From an uncultured Candidatus Saccharibacteria bacterium (GTDB lineage Bacteria; Patescibacteriota; Minisyncoccia; Phycocordibacterales; JACOZG01), in contig CAZJJW010000001.1 in NCBI GenBank assembly GCA_964546425.1, positions 1 to 51,251 on the forward strand: DNA of 51,251 nucleotides, written 5' to 3'. Within the stretch, counting starts at the first letter, position 1; the number at the start of each line of letters is the position of its first letter. The position numbers were made by a program, and so were the translations under genes. This document shows positions 16,126 through 24,003 of the stretch, piece after piece. The notes under the pieces were generated by a model. It made no database searches and was not told the DNA's origin. It was given only the letters and a program-made list of their open reading frames with translations.

Positions 16126-19076
16126 TTAAAAAGAATTTCAAAAAAATAATTTCTCTACTCGCCGTCGTTGGTTTGCTACTGCCGATTTTAATTCAAGCTC
16201 AAGTTGACCCGGAGGATCCGAATGGTTTACTGCCCGGACCAGCCGGTTATGTTCCCGGCCAGGGTCAGGACGAACTGGCCCAAAAACGCCAACAAGATAG
16301 CCAGCCCTGCCAGGCGGAGCAAAGCGGTGGCGGCGGACCGGGTGGTATCATTCCGCAGGCTAACAGCTTACAAAATATTTTTACCCAAGGTTTCACCAAG
16401 GGAATGGGTCAGATGTTTCAAGATCTGTTCGCCAACCGCCTGCCTAATATTGTGAAAGATATCTTGGAGCGTCGTCTCCAGCAAGAAATTCAGCAAAGGC
16501 TGGCTTATGATTTACCTAACTTATTAAACAGTCGCGTCCGAGGCGAGTTGGGGCGGGGCCAGACCCCAGACCAGATCCGCACCGCCTTGCCAACGTTCTT
16601 GCCGCAATGGCTGAATGAAATCATGCCGCAAATTGTCTCGGCGGCGCTCTCAAGCACTTTGCAGAATGGTCTGCGGGAAAACTTACCGCCAGAATTGGTG
16701 GTTGATCTTCAGAGCCAGGTCCCGGACATTATCAACAATAGTAACATTCCCGACCAAGTGGCGGGCATCGTCGCCACCACCACCGCCGTCTCCAGTGGCA
16801 GTGACCCGCTCAATAGCGGCCAGCGTCAAGATCTGACCGACGAAACCGTGAACGGGATCGTGAGGGAAGCCCAAAACGGCATCAATCACAGCGACGCCGT
16901 CACCGCTCTCTCTGAACAAATTATTCCGAACATTATTAGCCAACTCGCGCCCCAACTACTCCAGCAGTTGATGCCGGCCGTCAACAGCTCGCTTGGCAAC
17001 TTCGGCTCGAGTGGCGGCTACAACAATCTGGCCAATCTTAGTTTAGAAAATATTTTTAGCGGTGGGGCGGTGGGCGGTATCGGCGGTCAATTTATCGGCG
17101 ATCTGCAACTCAATCAAAATTTCTTAAACCCGCTCCAACAAAGTCTGACGGGTATCGCCGGCAACTGGGGCCACTCGGCGGCGCTGGGCGTTTTTGCCCT
17201 AAACCCGGCCAATGTCTTACCGCCACCGCCCATTCTTAACCAAGCGATGGGCAACATCGGCAGTGGCGCCGCCGGTCAAGTCGTTTCTAATTCAAGCGGT
17301 ATCGCCAGTGGCGCCGTCAGCAACGCCGGTCTTGGTGGCTTGAGCAATAGTTTGAAAACCGGGATTGCCGGGAGTTTGGCATCTGGTGTTGGTGGTCTGG
17401 TCTCGAGCCTGCCCGGCGGTCAATTCTTGGCCCCGATTGTTCAAGAATATGTTTCCCAATTTACTAGCACTTTGTTTGGCATTAGCGGCGGCACACCAAT
17501 CGGTTTAGCAACCGAAGGCGTGGTTCTGGCAAACGCTCCGACTATTACTCCTACTGGTGGGCCCGGCGCGGGAGGCATTGCCCAAACCGGTCTCGCCAAC
17601 ACCATCGCCACCGAACAGGGCTTCATGACCAGTAATCAGAACACTGGCCAAACCGCCGCCAACACCGACGCGATTAAACAAACCGAGCAAAGGATTCAAA
17701 ACCTGACCCAGCAAGGATGTAACGAGGAAAAAAAAGCGCGCGGGGAGATGGAGAGTTTGACTAATTTGTTTTATAAACTCATTCCGGCGGCGCTGAAAGC
17801 GCGGATTAACGCGACCGCCGAAATTTACAACAAAATTTCCGAATATTTCAACAAGGCCTACCAGGTTAGCCCCGGCGCTCGCGGCATTGCCAATACTGGA
17901 ACTCCAGGGGCCAACAATGACGGTGAGTCGGTTATTGCTCAACCAAATCAAGACATAAAAGATTCCAACAAAGAAGTTCTCAATAAACACGTCGCCCAGG
18001 GTCAACAAAATCCCAACCCCAACGTGAAAAAGGCGGCCCAAGACGCCGCCCAAGCCGCGGCTTCGGTGCCAGAGTTTGTGAAGCAACCACTCCTCACCGA
18101 CCAAAAACGAACCGCCCTCAAGGACCCGGAGCAACGGGGAAATATGTCACCGGAAGAATATTGGGACTCGATTGATAGGGCGGCGGAAGACACGCGAGCC
18201 AACGCCTACTTGTGGTTAACCGGCAACGTTGACAACGAGCAACGGCTGAAAAACGAGGTCGGCCTGGCCCAACTGGTGGCCGGCGGCGGCTTCCGCGACA
18301 TTCGAGAATGTACCGAGTTTATCAATCAACAGAATGCCGACCCAAACTTTGTTGGGCCGCCGACGTCGGCCGCGCAGTTCTGTAATCCCGACAAATGGAA
18401 AGTTAAAACTCCCGGCTCCGCCGTGCAGTCCACTTGGCTCAAATCTTTATTGGCCTTCTGGGACTTCCTAACCAGTTCTGATGTCCATCAAAGCGACGCC
18501 ATCAAGGCCGTGGCCGACCAGCCGGTAATTGCGATCCAAGATTTAAGTCAACCACCCCAGGGGGCGGGTAGTGGCCAGGGGCCGATCACTCCCGGCCAAG
18601 ATCCGTGCCCAACCACCGACCCCTGCCCCAAGTCTGGTTGGCAACCAAACCAAATCAACACCGCCGGCATCGAAAACGCCATAAGTAATAGCCTAAACAA
18701 TCAACTTGATAACCTCCTAAATGGCGGATTCGGCGGTGACGGCGATAGTTCGGGCGGCGGAAGCGGATTCAACCCGGGCGATCTTGCTGCGATAATTGGT
18801 AACGTCGCCGCCAGTCTTCCACCGCCCCCACCAATTCAGATTAGTTTTACCCAAACAAAAGTCGATAATATCCACAGCAAGCTGGGGTGGAACGCACCCG
18901 CAGCCACTTTCTGTAAATCAGGGAACAATTGGGTCGGGAGCGAGCCGGGGATTGCCGCGGAGACACCACTAGGTCCTAATGGAAACGTAACGGTTACCCA
19001 TCAAGCAAACGCCACTTACGAAATAAGCTGTTACAACTCGGCAAACGCGGACCAAAAACAACTACGACTACAGTGA
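16122..19076 (+). CDS. Large secreted low-complexity protein (984 aa, Gly/Gln/Asn/Ser/Pro-rich)
   Basis: Signal peptide MIKKNFKKIISLLAVVGLLLPILIQAQV. Long Gly-rich and Gln-rich tracts. Cys-containing C-terminal domain. No enzymatic motif seen. Confidence 0.6.
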   Translation: MIKKNFKKIISLLAVVGLLLPILIQAQVDPEDPNGLLPGPAGYVPGQGQDELAQKRQQDSQPCQAEQSGGGGPGGIIPQANSLQNIFTQGFTKGMGQMFQDLFANRLPNIVKDILERRLQQEIQQRLAYDLPNLLNSRVRGELGRGQTPDQIRTALPTFLPQWLNEIMPQIVSAALSSTLQNGLRENLPPELVVDLQSQVPDIINNSNIPDQVAGIVATTTAVSSGSDPLNSGQRQDLTDETVNGIVREAQNGINHSDAVTALSEQIIPNIISQLAPQLLQQLMPAVNSSLGNFGSSGGYNNLANLSLENIFSGGAVGGIGGQFIGDLQLNQNFLNPLQQSLTGIAGNWGHSAALGVFALNPANVLPPPPILNQAMGNIGSGAAGQVVSNSSGIASGAVSNAGLGGLSNSLKTGIAGSLASGVGGLVSSLPGGQFLAPIVQEYVSQFTSTLFGISGGTPIGLATEGVVLANAPTITPTGGPGAGGIAQTGLANTIATEQGFMTSNQNTGQTAANTDAIKQTEQRIQNLTQQGCNEEKKARGEMESLTNLFYKLIPAALKARINATAEIYNKISEYFNKAYQVSPGARGIANTGTPGANNDGESVIAQPNQDIKDSNKEVLNKHVAQGQQNPNPNVKKAAQDAAQAAASVPEFVKQPLLTDQKRTALKDPEQRGNMSPEEYWDSIDRAAEDTRANAYLWLTGNVDNEQRLKNEVGLAQLVAGGGFRDIRECTEFINQQNADPNFVGPPTSAAQFCNPDKWKVKTPGSAVQSTWLKSLLAFWDFLTSSDVHQSDAIKAVADQPVIAIQDLSQPPQGAGSGQGPITPGQDPCPTTDPCPKSGWQPNQINTAGIENAISNSLNNQLDNLLNGGFGGDGDSSGGGSGFNPGDLAAIIGNVAASLPPPPPIQISFTQTKVDNIHSKLGWNAPAATFCKSGNNWVGSEPGIAAETPLGPNGNVTVTHQANATYEISCYNSANADQKQLRLQ

Positions 19077-21346
19077 AAGAGCTCATATATAAAATTATAC
19101 TAGTCTTAATAGTTGGAGCGCTGTTTCTTCCTCACGTGGTAAAAGCGCAAGATGGTTTTGACGTTGACCCCAGTACAAAGCGGGCGGAGATGATTGATGG
19201 CCTGATCCGTGACGCTAACCTAAGGGGCGCACCGGAAGGAGAACTGGCTTGGTTGCATGTACTGCGGGCAGGATATTTGACGGGGGTCTACGACTCGAAC
19301 GCCCCCTTTCCACCTCCTGCCGAGGATCAAACTGGAATACCAGAACAAATTAAGATCGAGCAAGAAATTCTAAAGCGTTGGACCGCCGACTACCGAGGAG
19401 CTTCTGATTACAATGTGGTTTTGAATGCGATCGGCATCAGGGATAACAATCTAAACAAACTTCTGGATCCTAACAGTAACGATCAGTCCAACGCCGACAG
19501 GGCCATTAGAGAGCAATTTGCAAATCAAACAAAACTCGACCCGTCTACCATCGAGTGCGGGGGCTGGCTCCTGCCTGGCGGCTGCGACATTCTCAAGGCC
19601 GGAATTATCTTCGTCAATAAATTTGTCGAACCGACAGTCAGAAATCTTCTTTTAGACGGCGCCAACTGGATCTTCAACAAGGTTGTCAACGAGTCGGTAA
19701 GAAACTTTAGCGATTATGGCAAAGCTAACGGGGTCCAACTCGCTTGGGCGATGTCTCGCGATATCGTGAATGTCGCTTTGATTTTCTTCCTCCTCTATAT
19801 CGCCATCGGCACTATTCTGGGTTTCTTCGAGGGCAAGCGGCTCTTGGTCGCCATTGTCATCGCCGCGCTGTTGGTCAATTTCAGCGCCTTCTTCACTAAT
19901 ATTCTGATCGACGCCAGCAACATCGCCGCCAACCAGTTCTATAATCTAGCCGGCGGTGGGGCCACTACCGCCTCGGGGGCGCCAGACATTGGCACCCGCT
20001 TAGTATCAGCCACCGCCATTGATGCCCGCGACTTCGCTCTAGCAACGGCCGGCGCTGACCCCATCTCTAAACTCTCGGCCATCTTTGTCCAAGATGTTGG
20101 CCATATCATTCTCTATGTCATCACCGCCGTGGTCCTATTTGCGGCCGTGGCAATGTTTTTTGTCCGGATGATTACGCTCATTATCTTAATCATTATTTCT
20201 CCCTTTGCTTTCCTTTTCTTCACTTTGCCAAAAACTAAGGGCTACGCCGACCAATGGTTAAAAAGTCTCCTCAACCAAATACTTTTTGCCCCGATCTTCC
20301 TTTTCTTTTTTGCCGTCACGATAACGATTGCGAGTCAGAACGGCTTTCAACAAATGCAGCGGGGGAATGGCTCCGAAGGTTATATTGGATTCTTCTCGAT
20401 GCTGATTTACGTCATCTTGATTAATGGGATGATGGTCGGCGCGCTCCTGATTGCTAAACAGTTTGGCGCCGCCGGCGCCGGCGCGGCGATGAAAGGCCTC
20501 AAATCATATGGACTAGGTGCGGCTGGTGGGGCGACGGTTGGTTTGGCTGGTCGTTTGGGCCGAACTAGTCTTGGTCGGGGAGCCAGCGCCTGGGCTGACT
20601 CAAAGAAACTGGAGGCCAGAGCGGCGCAGGGTGGAGCTAAGGGTTGGTTTGCCAGGCAACAACTTAGAACCTTGCGTGGCGTTGCCGGTGCCAGTTTTGA
20701 CGCTCGAGCCACCAAAGCCGGGCAGGCGGCGGGCCTCGGCACCCTGGGCAAGGCCGGCGGCAAAGGTGGCTATGGAGCTCAGTTGAAAGAACAAGTGAAG
20801 GAGCGAGAAGAATTTACTAAGGGTTGGAGCGAGGAGAATAAAGCACAATACGCCGAGAACTTAGCTAAACGCCCAGGCATTCTCCGCGGCCGATTTGGCG
20901 GTCAAGCGCCACGGAAAAACCGAATAGCCGCTGAAAACATCAGCCAGGCAAAAGAACGAGCCGCGATCAACCTTCACAACGAGAGAATTGACCGAGAGAT
21001 CGAGCAACAAAAAGTGGTTTTGGACTTCGAAACCAAAAAACAGGAAACTTCTCGTTACAAAGCCGAGGTGCAGGTCGCCGAGCAGGCTCTGGCAACCGCG
21101 ACCGTTAGCGGCAACCCGGAGCTGGTGGCCAAATATACCAATGCCCTAACTGACGCCAGAACCAAAATGAACAACGCCAATCGAGAGTACGACGCGGTTC
21201 AAGCAGAGATTAAAAAGACAGAGGAGAAGAAGCGCACCTTCAAGAAAAGAGAGAAAAGTGTTGGGGAACAAGTCGCGGAGGCGCTGCAAAAAACTCAAGG
21301 AGGTGGTCGAGGAAGCCCGCCGACGCCACCGCCAGCCACACCATAA
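19073..21346 (+). CDS. Polytopic membrane protein, VirB6/TrbL-like, with Gly/Ala-rich and coiled-coil C-terminal tail
   Basis: GTG start overlapping the previous stop (GTGA). Signal/anchor, then at least 5 hydrophobic helices (e.g. VNVALIFFLLYIAIGTILGFF, LLVAIVIAALLVNFSAFFTNILI). Tail AGAGAAMKGLKSYGLGAAGG... then a charged coiled coil and PPTPPPATP. Confidence 0.5.
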   Translation: MKELIYKIILVLIVGALFLPHVVKAQDGFDVDPSTKRAEMIDGLIRDANLRGAPEGELAWLHVLRAGYLTGVYDSNAPFPPPAEDQTGIPEQIKIEQEILKRWTADYRGASDYNVVLNAIGIRDNNLNKLLDPNSNDQSNADRAIREQFANQTKLDPSTIECGGWLLPGGCDILKAGIIFVNKFVEPTVRNLLLDGANWIFNKVVNESVRNFSDYGKANGVQLAWAMSRDIVNVALIFFLLYIAIGTILGFFEGKRLLVAIVIAALLVNFSAFFTNILIDASNIAANQFYNLAGGGATTASGAPDIGTRLVSATAIDARDFALATAGADPISKLSAIFVQDVGHIILYVITAVVLFAAVAMFFVRMITLIILIIISPFAFLFFTLPKTKGYADQWLKSLLNQILFAPIFLFFFAVTITIASQNGFQQMQRGNGSEGYIGFFSMLIYVILINGMMVGALLIAKQFGAAGAGAAMKGLKSYGLGAAGGATVGLAGRLGRTSLGRGASAWADSKKLEARAAQGGAKGWFARQQLRTLRGVAGASFDARATKAGQAAGLGTLGKAGGKGGYGAQLKEQVKEREEFTKGWSEENKAQYAENLAKRPGILRGRFGGQAPRKNRIAAENISQAKERAAINLHNERIDREIEQQKVVLDFETKKQETSRYKAEVQVAEQALATATVSGNPELVAKYTNALTDARTKMNNANREYDAVQAEIKKTEEKKRTFKKREKSVGEQVAEALQKTQGGGRGSPPTPPPATP

Positions 21347-21355
21347 AATAAAACC

Positions 21356-22069
21356 ATGGACGATCAAAATCAACAAATAAGAGACCTCGTTGCCGACTTG
21401 CCGGCGGCACTCCAAACGGCGGCGCGCGACCGGTCGTGGGAAAACGATCTGCGCGCGATTGCCAACAAACACGGCTTCACACCGGAACAAGTTTCGATTT
21501 GGATTGACGAAACCTTATTGGTCTTAATGGGGGCGCTCACCCGGATTGATTACGCCAAAAATCTCGCCCTGACACTTGGTTTACCAAATGAGACTTGCGC
21601 CGCGCTCGCGCGTGAGGTGGAGGAAAAAATATTTCAGCCACTGGATAAACCATTACAATTACTCCAACAAAATAAAACCAGGGATGAACGCTTTGAGAAG
21701 TTGCCACCGAATATTCAGCAAGCGATCTCGTCGGCCGATAATGAGCGGGCGATTCAAGAAATTGGCAAGAAATATGCCTTACACATTGATCAGCTTGGAT
21801 TGCTCGATGATGAAGTGAATTTGGTGCTGCTTGGCGACACGCCGTCTAATCAATTTGTGGAAAAAATAAAGAACGTCTTGCGGATTGACGGGGCCCAGGC
21901 CCAAGCGGTCGGGCAAGAAGTCAGCGAGCGCATCTTCATGCCGCTCCGCGATTCGCTCCGAGCTTTAAGCGAGCCTCCAACGTCAAGCATCGTCGAACAA
22001 AAGTTGGGTGGCACATTTAGTCTCCCGGTCGAAAAGAAAATTGATCCTTACCACGAACCGATAGATTAA
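21356..22069 (+). CDS. Hypothetical protein with internal two-fold repeat
   Basis: Two similar modules: ...IANKHGFTPEQVSIWIDETLLVLMG...AREVEEKIFQPL and ...IGKKYALHIDQLGLLDDEVNLVLLG...GQEVSERIFMPL. Confidence 0.5.
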   Translation: MDDQNQQIRDLVADLPAALQTAARDRSWENDLRAIANKHGFTPEQVSIWIDETLLVLMGALTRIDYAKNLALTLGLPNETCAALAREVEEKIFQPLDKPLQLLQQNKTRDERFEKLPPNIQQAISSADNERAIQEIGKKYALHIDQLGLLDDEVNLVLLGDTPSNQFVEKIKNVLRIDGAQAQAVGQEVSERIFMPLRDSLRALSEPPTSSIVEQKLGGTFSLPVEKKIDPYHEPID

Positions 22070-22070
22070 C

Positions 22071-22490
22071 ATGGCAAATTTCCAGGTGCCACAATTTATT
22101 GAGATCGAGGATCGGATTTTCGGACCGCTGACCTTCAAGCAGTTCGTCTACTTGGCCGGCGGCGGGGGCGCGGCCTTCATCGAGTGGGTTTATATTCCCG
22201 TCCACTTCATCGCCATAATGTTCATCGCGCCAACCGTCGGCTTGGCTTTGGCGCTGGCCTTCTACAAAATTAATGACCGACCCTTTATTTTGATGATGGA
22301 GTCGGCCTTCCACTATCTGCTCGACCACAAATTGTACATTTGGAAAAAGGTCGAGCCCAAACTTCGCCAAGACGCCGCGGGGCAGATTACCAAGATCACG
22401 CAAGAGCGGGGAATTGCGATTCCTAAATTATCGGAGAGCAAATTGAAAGATTTGTCCTGGAGCTTGGATGTCAGGGAGAAGATCAAATAA
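22071..22490 (+). CDS. PrgI-family (VirB3-like) T4SS membrane protein
   Basis: N-terminus MANFQVPQFIEIEDRIFGPLTFKQFVYLAGGGGAAF followed by two TM helices. This matches the PrgI-family layout normally found upstream of VirB4. Confidence 0.6.
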   Translation: MANFQVPQFIEIEDRIFGPLTFKQFVYLAGGGGAAFIEWVYIPVHFIAIMFIAPTVGLALALAFYKINDRPFILMMESAFHYLLDHKLYIWKKVEPKLRQDAAGQITKITQERGIAIPKLSESKLKDLSWSLDVREKIK

Positions 22491-22501
22491 ATTTGATCTT
22501 C

Positions 22502-22975
22502 AAATCCGAAATTCGAAGTTCTAAATCCTAAATAATATCAAATGGTCGAAACCCAAAGTCCAAAACGATACGATCTTGAAGATAGAACGCTCAAGTTTGC
22601 TGGCGCTGTGAGAATGTTCGTGCAAAAACTGCCAAAAGGTATCAGCAATTTTGAGGACATCAAACAACTGGTTCGATCGTCTGGCTCGGTTGGTGCTAAC
22701 TATATCGAGGCCAACGAAGCCCTAAGCAAAAAAGATTTCCTCATGAGAATCAAGATTTGTCGCAAAGAAGCCAAAGAAACCGGCTTCTGGCTCAAACTGC
22801 TCCAGGTTGGCGAAACGGGGCCGGTTGATAAGGAAAGATCCAAATTATTAAACGAAGCGGGCGAGTTAATGAAAATATTTGGAGCGATATTAGCTAAATC
22901 CGAAACAAATTAAAATGTTTAGGGCATTAAAAAATTGGAATTTGGGATTTGTTTGGGATTTCGATATTCGGATTT
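22502..22975 (+). mobile_element. IVS-type cassette: four-helix-bundle gene enclosed by imperfect inverted-repeat arms
   Basis: The left arm 22502-22541 (AAATCCGAA ATTCGAAG TTCTAAATCCTAAAT...) pairs in blocks with the right arm 22939-22975 (9 bp, 7 bp and 11 bp helices read by eye). Confidence 0.55.
22542..22913 (+). CDS. Four-helix-bundle protein (23S rRNA intervening-sequence protein family)
   Basis: RYDLEDRTLKFAGAVRMF..., VRSSGSVGANYIEANEALSKKDFLMRIKICRKEAKETGFWLKLL is the family signature. Confidence 0.75.
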   Translation: MVETQSPKRYDLEDRTLKFAGAVRMFVQKLPKGISNFEDIKQLVRSSGSVGANYIEANEALSKKDFLMRIKICRKEAKETGFWLKLLQVGETGPVDKERSKLLNEAGELMKIFGAILAKSETN

Positions 22976-23002
22976 CGGGCTTAAGTGGTCTAGAATTAAT
23001 AT

Positions 23003-23647
23003 ATGACTAAAACTGCCAGCCAAACCACTCAAGAATTCGTCCCGATTCAGGCCATCCGCGATGGCGTGGTGGTGCTTAAGACTGGCGGCTTGCGCTTGGT
23101 TCTCATTGTCTCCTCGATTAACTTCGCCCTCAAATCTGAGGATGAGCAGACGGCAATTTTGCTCCAATTCCAAAACTTTCTTAATTCGCTCGACTTCCAC
23201 GTCCAACTTTTTGTCGAATCGCGCCGACTCGATATCCGGCCCTATCTGCGAACGCTTGAAGAACGGTTGGTGGCTCAAACTAACGACTTAATGAAGGTCC
23301 AAACCAGAGAATACATCGAGTTCATTAAAAAGTTCACCGAGACAACCGACATCATGTCGAAAAGCTTCTTTGTGGTTATCCCCTACGCGCCGGCGCTGAT
23401 CCAGGTAGGCAAAAGGGGCGGCCTGCTGTCTCGGGTCATGGGGGGCAAGCGCACCGCCGCCGAGGTTAAAACCGATGATCAAGCCGAGTTTGAGGAACAA
23501 CGGACGCAACTCGAACAGCGGGGGAGCGTGATTGAGCAAGGATTCGCGCGGCTTGGCTTGCGGGTGTTGCAACTCGGGACCGAGGAATTGGTCGAACTTT
23601 ATTTCAAGATTTTTAATCCCGGCGAGACTGACATCCCGAGCATTTAA
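23003..23647 (+). CDS. T4SS-associated protein resembling a stand-alone VirB4/TrbE N-terminal domain
   Basis: FVPIQAIRDGVVVLKTGGLRLVLIVSSINFALKSEDEQTAILLQFQNFLNSLDFHVQLFVESRR resembles the N-domain pattern of VirB4-type ATPases. There is no Walker motif. Confidence 0.4.
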   Translation: MTKTASQTTQEFVPIQAIRDGVVVLKTGGLRLVLIVSSINFALKSEDEQTAILLQFQNFLNSLDFHVQLFVESRRLDIRPYLRTLEERLVAQTNDLMKVQTREYIEFIKKFTETTDIMSKSFFVVIPYAPALIQVGKRGGLLSRVMGGKRTAAEVKTDDQAEFEEQRTQLEQRGSVIEQGFARLGLRVLQLGTEELVELYFKIFNPGETDIPSI

Positions 23648-23970
23648 ATCCGAAGCACTAAATCCGAAATCCTAAATAATATCAAATGGTCGAAACCCAA
23701 AGTCCAAAACGATACGATCTTGAAGATAGAACGCTCAAGTTTGCTGGCGCTGTGAGAATGTTCGTGCAAAAACTGCCAAAAGGTATCAGCAATATCGAGG
23801 CCAACGAAGCCCTAAGCAAAAAAGATTTCCTCAATCAGTAAATCTTAAATTCGAAGCACCAAATCCTAAACAATACCAAATGCCCAAAATTACAAACTCA
23901 AAACCGTTTTGGATTTCAAACATTAAGATTTTGAATTTGTTTGGGGTTTCGATATTAGGATTTCGGGCTT
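23648..23970 (+). repeat. Decayed second copy of the IVS-type cassette (arms plus gene remnant plus nested extra left arm)
   Basis: Left-arm CCGAAATCCTAA at 23664-23675 pairs perfectly with TTAGGATTTCGG at 23955-23966. 23842-23885 carries another left-arm-like segment ending in ATG. Confidence 0.55.
23686..23841 (+). pseudogene. Truncated four-helix-bundle gene (51 codons)
   Basis: Identical to 22542-22649, then a 54-nt in-frame deletion, then identical to 22704-22743, then a divergent ATCAGTAA stop. Confidence 0.75.
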
Positions 23971-24003
23971 ACATCTCTCGGGTTTCGAGTTTATAATATA
24001 ATT

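Noticed and set aside
22481-22498. AT-rich hairpin GATCAAA-TAAA-TTTGATC at the prgI-like stop, considered as a terminator.
   Set aside because: The stem is weak and all A/T-rich, with no T run. It is more likely incidental or part of the cassette boundary.
22499-23990. Repeated AAATCC(G/T)AA-type words, considered as a possible CRISPR or tandem-repeat array.
   Set aside because: The units are short and irregularly spaced, lack unique spacers of constant length, and occur as inverted arms around the four-helix-bundle gene. This is not CRISPR architecture.
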